From: an uncultured Holophagales bacterium
Lineage (GTDB): Bacteria > Acidobacteriota > Thermoanaerobaculia > Multivoradales > UBA5704
Direction: 5' to 3'
Assembly: GCA_963842525.1 (NCBI GenBank)
Contig: CAWJGT010000009.1
Coordinates: forward strand, 160,001-224,000
Length of the DNA stretch: 64,000 bases
A program made the translations under genes and the position numbers. Below are positions 41,303 through 50,831 of the stretch, piece after piece. Numbering within the stretch: the stretch's first letter is position 1; every line of letters begins with the position of its first letter. The notes under the pieces were generated by a model. The model was given only the letters and a program-made list of their open reading frames with translations, did no database searches and had not been told where the DNA came from.

Positions 41303-41399
41303 GCGCCTTTGACACTTATCGCACCGGCAGTGCTGGGATCATCCATGGAAAGGCATGGCCTCCGAGCCAGCCCAGGAGCGTGATATTCTCAAGCGACGA

Positions 41400-41615
41400 G
41401 AGAGTTGATGCCTGCCCGCGCGGATGGCCGCGAAGGCCCGAGAGGATATCCGAGCCGGAAGAACCAGGGACCTCGAGATCGACGAGCTGTGAAGTCTCGC
41501 GTCACGGAAGACTTCCTGGCTTTATTTGCGAAGTTTCCCATTGACGTCCGGGCAAGAGCACGCAAGAACTATCGTCTCTGGCAGCAGGACCCGGCACATC
41601 CCAGTCTTCATTCAT
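41400..41615 (+). pseudogene. Antitoxin C-terminal remnant plus truncated ParE-like toxin
   Basis: ..EDIRAGRTRDLEIDEL* overlapping GTG KSRVTEDF..ARKNYRLWQQDPAHPSLH. Confidence 0.55.
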
Positions 41616-41871
41616 TCCCCTCCTCAGTCTCGTCCAGACCTTCCCCACGCCGCGGGGGCATCTCGTTCCTCTCCTCTCCGCGGTTCAGCACACGCGCTGG
41701 GTCCACGGTGCGCGAGGCCGGCAGGGGTCCGTGGTCCGGAGGTAGCTTGCGGCGCGGTGGGGCTTCCGCTCCCGGGCGCTCCCCAAAGGTGGTTACGCGG
41801 GTAACAGTCTCTACGGGGGCTCCGCTCGTTGGGACCTTTACTTCCTTGCACGGCTCTTTCGGATTGGGCAT
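41608..41871 (-). CDS. Small hydrophilic hypothetical protein (87 aa)
   Basis: AAGGAGGT RBS before MPNPKEPCKEVKV. Confidence 0.55.
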   Translation of the reverse strand: MPNPKEPCKEVKVPTSGAPVETVTRVTTFGERPGAEAPPRRKLPPDHGPLPASRTVDPARVLNRGEERNEMPPRRGEGLDETEEGNE

Positions 41872-42198
41872 GCCGGAGTCACCTCCTTGCGGTAGGAGTA
41901 TAGCGATCCAGTCCGACTGCGTGCGAACCACGTGCCCAGGAGCCGCTCCTACGTCACGCGTGCCCAGCGCGTCGCCCAGGTGTCCGGCCGGGCCCCCGCG
42001 AGCTCCTGGACGGTCCAGAAGCTGTGGTCGTCGGAGGGATCGACCTGCGTGGCGCTGTAGTCCCCCCAGCGGTTCTTCGTGCCCCCGAAGGTCTTGAAGT
42101 AAGGGCTCGTCACGAAATAAGTGTCTCATCTGCGGGCTCTCTCGCCCCGGGAAGTCAACGCCGTCTGACGACTGCACCAAAGGTACGGCGCGACGCTA

Positions 42199-42360
42199 GG
42201 AGCGCCAGCGTCTCGCCGGCATCATCAAGACAGCGGGCCGAAAGCCCGGCCTTCTGGGAAGAACGGCGGGAAGCGAGGTGGGGGTTCGGGCTGGCTGCGG
42301 AGGCCCATCGCCGGTCGCCGTAGCCGCGGGGACTGTGGGCCGGCGGGACGCCGGCGCTCC
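42199..42360. repeat. REP-like inverted pair inside the MITE
   Basis: GGAGCGCCAGCGTCTCGCCGGC 42199-42220 vs GCCGGCGGGACGCCGGCGCTCC 42339-42360 (2 mismatches). Confidence 0.65.
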
Positions 42361-42391
42361 CAGTGGGCGATGGCTCGGCCCTTGCGCGAGT

Positions 42392-42712
42392 TCGAACCGC
42401 TGCCGCGGCGGCGACAACGCCCACCGCGGGACCAGCTACAGCCACCGCAGGGAGTCGAACCGCTGCCGCGGCGGCGACAACGCCCGCCGCGGGACCAGCT
42501 ACAGCCACCGCGGGGAGTCGAACCGCTGCCGCGGCGGCGACAACGCCCACCGCGGGACCAGCTACAGCCACCGCGGGAAGTCGAACCGCTGCCGCGGCGG
42601 CGACAACGCCCGCCGCGGGACCAGCTACAGCCACCGCGGGAAGTCGAACCGCTGCCGCGGCGGCGGCAACGCCCACCGCGGCAGCAGCTCCATCCACCGC
42701 GGGGAGTCGAAC
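42392..42712. repeat. 63-bp tandem repeat (3 x 21-bp subunits), about 5 copies, inside the MITE
   Basis: GAACCGCTGCCGCGGCGGCGACAAC at 42394, 42457 and onward. Confidence 0.95.
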
Positions 42713-43114
42713 CAGTCCGCGGGACCAGCAGGACTGCCGGCTTCCCGCCCTAGATCCTACACTCCCGTTCAGCATGACACGATAGACCGGGCTCTGCGGT
42801 GAGAACCTTCCTGGATCGCTGGCGAGCTTCTTTGGAAGACCGAAACTGCGACACTTATTTCGTGACGAGCCCTAAGAGTTTTGTCCTGCCGCATAGAGCT
42901 GGATCGAACGGAGGGTGCCCGGTGTGTCCGCCGCCTCGCGGTATGCATAGCCGCCGCTCCCGAACTGGTTCGGCGTGAAGTGGGCGAAGCCCCATCGACA
43001 TAGGCTGCGACGGGTCCAGGTAGTTTCGTGGTCGACATGTTGTTTCCTCCCGGTCGTTCGGAGCGGAAGTGCGCTCCGTTGCATAGACCGAAGGATGGGC
43101 GCTAAGCTGAAGAA

Positions 43115-43480
43115 ATGACAAGAACGCACGAAAAAGTAAGGTACCCACCTGAAGGTAAGCCTGAAGCGCTGACGCCGGTGACCGCGGCGGCCGGCGTCGA
43201 GCAGGCATTCAAGATGCTGGAGGGACGCTGGAAACTGCTGATCCTGTTCCACCTGTTTGGCGGCAAGGTGTTGCGGTTCTCGGAGTTGGAGCGCGCCCTA
43301 CCTGCGATTTCGCAGAAGATGCTCATCCAGCAACTGCGCCAGATGGAGTCAGACGGAATCGTGCGGCGTATAGTTCATCACCAGGTGCCGCCGAAGGTGG
43401 AATACGGTCTGACTGATTGGGGCCAAGCCTTGTGCCCGGCGCTGGACGCCTTGCTGAAGTGGGCAGCGATGCGCGAGTGA
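43115..43480 (+). CDS. HxlR family regulator, copy 2 (within duplicate 42989-43609 of 38412-39031)
   Basis: Protein identical to 38537-38902. Confidence 0.9.
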   Translation: MTRTHEKVRYPPEGKPEALTPVTAAAGVEQAFKMLEGRWKLLILFHLFGGKVLRFSELERALPAISQKMLIQQLRQMESDGIVRRIVHHQVPPKVEYGLTDWGQALCPALDALLKWAAMRE

Positions 43481-43536
43481 GGTCTGGCGTGGGACGGCAT
43501 GGGTAATGTGACGAAATAAAATTATAGCAGCATCAC

Positions 43537-45237
43537 TTATTGCAACGCCATCGCCGGGATCATCCACGGGAAGACATAGGCCTGAAGGAAGACGAGGACG
43601 CCGACCAGGGCGGCGAGCGCGATGCTGTGCCAGAAGACGTAGCGCAGGATCTCGCCCTCTTTGCCGTGCTGGCCGGTGGCGACGCCTGCCACGACGATGC
43701 TCTGGGCGTCGATCATCTTTCCCATGACGCCGCCGGTGCTGTTGGCGGCACAGGCCAGGATGGGGCTCAGACCCCAGCCGTTCGGCGCTGATCCGCTGGA
43801 GGCCCCCGAAGAGGACATTCGATGAGGTGTCGCTGCCGGTGAGCGCCACCCCGAGCCAGCCCAGCAGCGGCGAGAAGAACGGGAAGAGCACTCCGGTCGA
43901 CGCAAAGGCGAGCCCCATCGTCGCGTCCAGGCCGGCATAGCGGGTCGCGAATCCCAGGGCCAGCATGGCGGCAATCGTCAAGAGCGACCACTGCACCCGC
44001 CAGAGCGTCCGTCCGAGGATCTTCCCGAGCTCGGCGAGCGAGAACCCGAGGAGGAGACCGCTCACGATTCCGGTCAGCAGGAGGCCCGTCCCCGTGGCGG
44101 AGAGCCAGTTGAAGGTGTAGACCGCGGCCTCCGGCGTCGGCTCCTTGACCACCGGCGGCATCTTCACGACCGCTTTGTCGAGCCCGGGGACGGGGATGTC
44201 GAGGACCGAGATCCCGTGCAGGAAGTTCTCATGCCCCTCGGCGCCGCCGTTCAAAAAGCTCTTGACGCCGGGTAGCCCCAGAGGAAGACGAAGACGGAGA
44301 GGAGGAGCCAGGGCATCGAGGGCCTTGAACGCCGTCTTCGGGCTGTGCTCGGGCCGCGCCGCCGCCTCGGCCGCGCGCTCCTCGACCGACTCGTGCGCGA
44401 AGCTCCACGTCGTCTTCGGCTGCCAGAAGCGAAGGAGGACGAGCAGCGACAGGATCGAGACGATCGCGCCCGCGATGTCGACCAGCCAGGGGCCGTGAAT
44501 AGTTGCTGACGAGGAACTGGGTGACGCCGAAGGTGACGCCGGCCGTGAGGCAGGCGGGCCACACCTCGCGCATCGCCTTGCCGTCCGGCCATCGCCCAGA
44601 CCATCCAGAACGGGACGAGGACCGAGAAGAACGGAAGCTGCCGCCCGGCCATCGCGCTGAGAGCGCGTCGTCCGGGAGGCCGGTGACCTGCGCGAGCGTG
44701 ATGATCGGCGTGCCGAGCGCGCCGAAGGCGACCGGCGCCGTGTTGCCGATCAGCGCGAGCCCCGCCGCCTGGAGCGGCTTGAAGCCGAGCCCGATGAGCA
44801 TCGCGCCGCAGATGGCGACCGGCGTGCCGAAGCCGGCCGCGCCCTCGATGAACGCGCCGAAGCTGAAGCGCGATCAGCAGCAGCCTGGATGCGCCGGTCG
44901 CTCGCGAGGCCCGCGATCGTCTGCTTCAGGACCTCGAACTCGCCCGACTTGACGGTGACGTCGTAGACGAAGATCGCGCTCGAGCGACGATCCAGCCGAT
45001 CGGCAGGAGGCCGAAGGCGGCGCCGTCGGCAGCGGCGGCGAGCGCGAGCTGCGCCGGCATGCCGTAGACGAGGATGGCGATCGCGAGCGCCGTGGCGAGC
45101 CCGAGGAGCGCGGCCCAGTGCGCCCGCACGTGGAAGAAAGCGAGGAGCCCGAGGAGGACGACGACGGGAATGGCGGCAACCAGCGCCGACGCGAGAAGGC
45201 TGCCGTTGACGGGCGAGTACACCTGCGTCCAGATCAT
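43537..45237 (-). CDS. lldP: L-lactate permease, several frameshifts
   Basis: [49 protein letters not shown]. Confidence 0.85.
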
Positions 45238-45403
45238 TGCGCTGTTCTCGTCGAGCTTCCAGTCCAGGCCGATTCTAGATCGATTGGGGCACGTACCGCC
45301 TGGTCGAGAGCTCGAAAGCGACGTCGGCGAGGGGGATCGGCTAAATCTTCTTCGCGCCGGTCCCTTCCTCGAAAGCATGATGGACCTCCCGCAAACAGCG
45401 TAT

Positions 45404-47517
45404 TCAGTTCAAGCTGATCATAAACCAGGTATAAGGCGCCTCGACGGGCCCGATGCCGCCCGGTCCGCGGTTGATCCAGATGAACAGGTCGCCGTTCGGC
45501 TGCTCGGCCACGTGGAAGTTCGAGATCTCGATGTCGATCGGGTCGAAGCTGTTCCGCTCGTCGAGGAGCGTGAGGCTCGACCTGACCACCGCGTGGGTTA
45601 CCGGGTTGAGCTCGCCGATGAACAGCTTGTGGCGCGGGAAGTTCCCGACCGTGGCCACGCCTTCGGAGCTGATTGTCCCGATCCAGTAGAACTTCTCCGT
45701 CTTCGTCGACTTGAAGATCCAGGAAGGCGCCGTCGCCGACTCGATCGGCGTGCCGTCGTCGTAGGCGAGCTTCATGGCCGGCCCGAAGTTCCGGCAGTAG
45801 TCGTTCGAGATGGCATACCAATGGTAGCTATGCTCGAAGGCGACCGACAGGCCGTGGGAGTTCGACCCTCTCGCGACCATCATGCACTTTCCGGCCGTGT
45901 CGAGATCGACGAGGGTCGCTTCCTCGAGGCCTCTCGTCGACTGGCTCTCGGGAACGGTGACGAAGTTCGAACGCGACCCAGTCGACGTCGGTCCCGTCCG
46001 CCTTCCAGGCCCCGACCACCGCGGCCACCTCGCCGTAGGAGGTCACGGAATACTCCGGCGTGAAGGGCGCGTCACCGGCTGCATTGAGCGGCCAGCGGCT
46101 CACGGGCAGCAGGATCTCGCCACGGTGGTTGAGGTTGAGCCGGTTGAGCCCCGGGTAGGCCCCGCCGTTGATCGCGGAGCGGATGCCCGGGATCGGCTCC
46201 GAGAGGCTTCCTCCCTGGACGACCAGGGGCTTGTACCCGAACATTCGGGAGTCGTAGCCCAGGAAGCTCGCGCCGCCGTCGATCGAGACGCGATACCAGA
46301 TCTGCATGGTCTTCGCCACGCTCGTCCCGTCGCAGCCCTCGATCTGCCCGGACGGAAGGTCGGGGACGCACTTCGATGCGATCGCCATCTGCACGAGCTG
46401 GTTGGGATCGGCGGGGTTCCTGACGATGTTCGCACCGCCGTTCGTGGTCGTCAGCACGTACTCCTTCTCCGGAAGGCCGGGGTACTGGTAGTGCGCGTTC
46501 GCGCCCGTGTTCATGCCGGCGAACGATGGATAGACGGAGTACCAATACTGGCACCAGATCGGGTCCGAGCTTGTTCCGTGCTCCTTGAGGAGCACCTGGA
46601 TCGGAGGAGGCGTGTCGGCCGTCTGGAACTGATAATCCTTGGAGTACCAGGAGCCCGCTCGCCTCGACCAGAGCCGGACGAAGATTGTCGTGCCGAGAGG
46701 GAGGCCGGAAACGGTTCTCGATCCGCCCGAAGCCGATCCGACCGTCTCGTGGAAGAGGTCGCCGTAGGGATCGCCGTCCAGCGAGGCCGCTGTCGTCCCG
46801 ATGCCGAGCCAGTAGTTGTCGACCGCGCTGTCGCCGACCCAGGAGAAGGTCGCCGTCGAGCCGAGCACGTGACCACGGAGCGGGAAGCTCAGCTCCGCGG
46901 GCCTGACCGCGCTGACGAAGCTTCGGTTCTCGGAGAACCAGTTGCCCTCGACCTGGTACCGAGAAGCTCCAGCGTGACCGCATTGCCGTCGTTCGGCAGG
47001 TGATTCACCGTGACCGAGCGCGCCGAGGCCGGCAGACTTGCTGGGAGAAGATCGGAGCGTTCTGGTTTGCGGGGTGCCGGAGGTTCACGAAGTAGGCCTG
47101 CGCTTCCGGAACCGCGCTCCAGTGGATCGTGACCGTGGAGCCCTCGACCGTGGCTCCCGGGGCCGGGCTGGTCAGGAAGGACCTGCTGCTGACGAAGCCG
47201 ATCACCTCGTACTCCCAGGCGCCGCCGACCAGGTACCAGAAGTCCGCCACGAGCTGGCTGTCGTCGTTCGGCATCCCCGAGACGTCGACCGAGAGGGCGG
47301 ATGCCGGGATCTGCTGCGAGAAGTAGAGGAGGTCGGGGTTGTCCTGGCGCCTGACGTTCAGGAAGTACGCCTGGGCCCCCGGCACCGCGTTCCAGCGGAA
47401 GGTGACGGGATCGTCGGCGACCAAGGCCCCGGAGGATGGCTGGGTCAGGAATCCTCCCGCGAGCGCGCTCTGGGCCTGGGCAAAGAAAAACAGGGCAATC
47501 AGCATCAATTTCTGCAT
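45404..47517 (-). CDS. Secreted protein with repeated Ig-like modules and an Asp-box (sialidase/BNR-like) domain, frameshifted
   Basis: Signal peptide; repeated P..G....TF.W..V..A..Y modules; VSIDGGASF and ISNDYCRNF Asp-box-like motifs over three ORFs. Confidence 0.6.
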
Positions 47518-47621
47518 ACGTTCCTCCGCTGTGCGATCGAGGTGTTCTCAACGAGGCTCTTGGCGTCCTGGCCGGCGCTCGCATCTTCCGGGAGCCCGGT
47601 GACCTTGGCGAGAGTGATGAT

Positions 47622-47720
47622 CGACGACGACGGGAATCGCGGCAACGAGCGCCGAGGCGAGAAGGCTGCCGTTGACGGGAGAGTACACCTGCGTCCAAGT
47701 CATTGCACTGTTCTCGCCGA
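47622..47720 (-). repeat. Duplicate of the lactate permease 5' end
   Basis: [31 protein letters not shown]; matches 45158-45255. Confidence 0.85.
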
Positions 47721-48412
47721 CTTGAATTCCACCGTCACAAACCGCGCCCGGTCTTTGGCTGTGTTCGTCAGCGTGTGCGTGTAGCCGCCGGGCAGCCACT
47801 TGACGTCGCCGGATTTGAATGTGCCGGGCATCGGACCCTGCCCTTCGACGTCGCTGCGGAGCTCGAGGCCGCTCACTGCCACCAGCAGGTGCGGACCGTC
47901 GTGATGGTGGTTGGGCACCGTGGCTCCCGGTTCGAGCTCGACGGCCGAGACGCGGGCGCCGTCCCGGACGAAGAGCACCTTGATCCATCCACCCGGAAAT
48001 TCCTGGTCGCCGCCCTCCGGCCAGGGAGACGGTGCCTCGCGAAGCTTTTCATCCTGCATCAGCTCGACGGTCACGTTGCGGAACGGCTGGTCGGCGAGGT
48101 TCCTGGCCACGTGCGCGAAGTTGCCGGGCGTGAAACGGGTCTCCCCGTCCGAGAGCTTCAGCTCGACCGGCGGCTTGCCGAGCACCTCGTTCGAGACGTG
48201 GGCCTCTCCCAGCGTGACGAAGAGATAGTCGTGCCCGTGGCTGTGCAGCAGCGTGGAAGCCTGCGGCGCCACCTCGACCTGGAAGACGCGGACCTGTTCG
48301 TTGGCAAGAGCCAGGTGATGCGAGGGCTCGGCGGTGATCTCGACGGCCTCCGTCGAGGGAGAAGCAGGCAGAGCAGGGACAAAGCGAAGGATCCGGTCAT
48401 CCTCATCGTCAT
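47700..48412 (-). CDS. Secreted bicupin protein, frameshifted
   Basis: LHSHGHDY and HHHDGPHL cupin motifs. Confidence 0.7.
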
Positions 48413-48548
48413 GCCTCCATGGAAGATGGGGTGACGATATCAGGGGACAGGGGTCCTGGGGGGCCGTTCCCGGCGGGGGAGAAGGAGGAGGCGAACGCGT
48501 CCCTCAGCTACGAGCTTGAGTCCAGGTGGGGCCTTGCCAGCCGAGGGA

Positions 48549-48566
48549 ACTAGTCATATAACTAGT
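48549..48566. promoter_or_regulatory. Palindromic TA operator
   Basis: ACTAGTCATATAACTAGT just upstream of phd. Confidence 0.6.
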
Positions 48567-48591
48567 CTGTTGGGTCATCAGGGAGGTGCCT

Positions 48592-48867
48592 ATGGCTGTA
48601 GATCAGTCCGCAAAGCGGTGGCCGGTACAGGACGCGAAGGCGCGCTTCAGCGAGTTGCTGGAGGCGAGCCTCAACGAAGGTCCGCAGATCGTCACCCGGC
48701 GAGGTGTAGAGACCGCTGTTCTGGTTCCCTTCGAGGAGTGGAGCCGGCTCCAGAGCTCGGCGCGGCCAACGCTCAAGGAGCTCCTCCTCGCCGAGGCGCC
48801 GCGAGCCGAGATCCCGGTCCCCCCGCGCCGCCGGTGGCGTCGGCGGACGCCCGCGGCGCTCGAGTAG
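48592..48867 (+). CDS. Phd/YefM antitoxin
   Basis: WPVQDAKARFSELL..GPQIVTRRG. Confidence 0.9.
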   Translation: MAVDQSAKRWPVQDAKARFSELLEASLNEGPQIVTRRGVETAVLVPFEEWSRLQSSARPTLKELLLAEAPRAEIPVPPRRRWRRRTPAALE

Positions 48868-48872
48868 GGCTC

Positions 48873-49049
48873 ATGTATCTCCTCGACACCAACGTCATCT
48901 CGGAGCTGAGGCGACCCCGGCCCCACGGAGCCGTGGTCGCCTGGCTTGAAGGAGTTGCGGACAACGACCTTCACCTGTCCGCCGTCACCTTGGGCGAGCT
49001 ACAGGCCGGGGTCGAGATCACCCGTGAACGGGACCCGGAGAAGGCCTAG
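48873..49049 (+). pseudogene. vapC: VapC PIN toxin, truncated to 58 aa
   Basis: MYLLDTNVISEL..LSAVTLGEL, then stop. Confidence 0.85.
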
Positions 49050-49212
49050 GCGCGTCTGCTCGCTCCCTCGTGAGCGCCGGGAGCCGCGAACGCCGCAGGG
49101 CCGTCACAGAAGGGACTGCAACTTGTCACCGCGAAACGCGGCGGGAAGGCGCTTTTCCGCTTTCTCTCCACGGCCGGACCGGGTAAGATCCCACCTGGAA
49201 GGGAAGGAATTC

Positions 49213-49879
49213 ATGGAACGACATCTGGATCACGACCTCGATCGCATCCGGCAGATGCTGCTCAAGATGGGTGGCATGGTCGAGGGTATGGTCGCCAAGG
49301 CGACCCAGTCCCTGCTCGACCGTGAACAATGCGCTGTGCACCGAGGTGATCGACGGCGACCGCGAGATCGACCAGCTCGAGATCGAGATCGACGAAGCCT
49401 GCCACAGCATCCTCGGCCGCAAGCAGCCGACGGCGGTCGACCTGCGCTTCCTGGTCGCGGTGATGAAGATCAACAGCGACCTCGAACGGATCGGCGACTC
49501 GGCCGTCAACATCGCCCAGTCGGCCGAGCAGCTCAACGAGCAGCCGATTCTCAAGCCCTATATCGACCTGCCGCACATGTCAACGCTGGTGCAGGGCATG
49601 GTGCGCCGGAGCCTCGACGCCTTCGTGCAGCGGGACGCCAAGATGGCGGTCGAGGTCTGCCAGGGCGACGACGAGGTGGACGGTCTCTACAAGCAGCTCT
49701 TCCGCGAGCTGCTGACCTACATGATCGAAGATCCCAAGACGGTCAGCCGGGCGCTCCACCTCCTGCTCATCTCGCGCAACCTGGAGCGTATCGCGGACCA
49801 CGCGACCAACATCGCCGAGGACGTCATCTTCTATGTCGAAGGGAGAGACATCCGCCACTCCCTGGGCGTGGCGAGCTGA
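49213..49879 (+). CDS. phoU: Phosphate signalling protein PhoU, frameshift near 49322
   Basis: QPTAVDLR, DLERIGD, LERIADHATNIAE; upstream GTCAC half-boxes at 49101 and 49123. Confidence 0.9.
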
Positions 49880-49884
49880 CGGAG

Positions 49885-50370
49885 TTGAAGGTCCTCACCC
49901 TTTGCACGGGCAACTCGGCGCGCAGCATCCTCGCCGAGCACCTCCTGCGCAAGGCTGGCAGCAGGCGCTTCGAGACCTGGAGCGCCGGCTCCCAGCCCAA
50001 GGGCGAGGTCCACCCCGTGACCTTGCAGGTGCTCCGGGACTACAAGATGGATGCGAGCGACGCCCGCAGCAAGTCCTGGGAGGAGCTCAGGGACGTCGAT
50101 TTCGACTTCGTGATCACGGTCTGTGACAACGCCCGCGAGAGCTGTCCCCTCTGGCTGGGGAAAGGCCATCCCATCATGGCTCACTGGGGCGTGCCCGACC
50201 CGGCCGCCGTGGACGGCTCGCCGGAGGAGCAGCTCCAGGCCTTCCGGCAGGCCGCCCGCATCCTCAGCCGTCGCATCGAGCTCTTCTGCAACCTGCCCTT
50301 CGACAAGCTGGACCGCCTGCGCCTGGAGGAGTCCCTCCACGACATCGGCAGCCGCGGCGCCGATCTCTAG
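49885..50370 (+). CDS. arsC: Arsenate reductase / LMW-PTP family
   Basis: LCTGNSARS, VITVCDNA, HWGVPDP. Confidence 0.9.
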   Translation: MKVLTLCTGNSARSILAEHLLRKAGSRRFETWSAGSQPKGEVHPVTLQVLRDYKMDASDARSKSWEELRDVDFDFVITVCDNARESCPLWLGKGHPIMAHWGVPDPAAVDGSPEEQLQAFRQAARILSRRIELFCNLPFDKLDRLRLEESLHDIGSRGADL

Positions 50371-50459
50371 CACAGCCGCTCCGCCCAGGCTGGGGGGATC
50401 TGCGGCTCAAAATGCCGAGCCGGCCGATGTATGCGGCGAATGGCGCTATACTGCCGCTC

Positions 50460-50831
50460 ATGAGAGCTCAGGAGCACGAGCAGGAAACCCGCCGCATCGC
50501 CGAGCATCTCCATGAGCTGATCCGGATTCAGAAACGCTCGCAACGCTCCATCGAGCAGGAGCTCGGGCTGGGAAGCGCCATCCTGAGCAAGATGCTCAAC
50601 GGCACGATCCGCCTCCAGTTCAGTCATGTCCTGATGATCCTGTCCGCCCTCGGGGTTCCGCCGGGCCAGTTCTTCCGCACCGTCTTCCCGCAGAAGGGGC
50701 ATGACCATCCGTCTCTGATCAAGCTGCGCGAGCTGCATGGCGAGGTCCAGGAGCAGGATTCGCCGGAGTTCGACGACCGGGTTCGGCGTTCGCTGCTCCG
50801 CCTTCTCGGAGAGCTACGGGACGAAGCGTAG
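50460..50831 (+). CDS. XRE-type HTH regulator
   Basis: SQRSIEQELGLGSAILSKMLNG; similar to 53696-54028. Confidence 0.8.
   Translation: MRAQEHEQETRRIAEHLHELIRIQKRSQRSIEQELGLGSAILSKMLNGTIRLQFSHVLMILSALGVPPGQFFRTVFPQKGHDHPSLIKLRELHGEVQEQDSPEFDDRVRRSLLRLLGELRDEA

Larger units (their letters stand above)
42103..42872. mobile_element. 770-bp non-autonomous MITE
   Basis: Perfect 23-bp TIR GGGCTCGTCACGAAATAAGTGTC (42103-42125 / 42850-42872); TAA duplicated at 42100-42102 and 42873-42875. Confidence 0.9.
41949..42990 (-). pseudogene. C-terminal fragment of an RWGDYS-motif protein interrupted by the MITE
   Basis: Removing 42103-42872 plus one TAA restores ...AAGQNSYFKTFGGTKNRWGDYSATQVDP...WARVT*. Confidence 0.8.
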
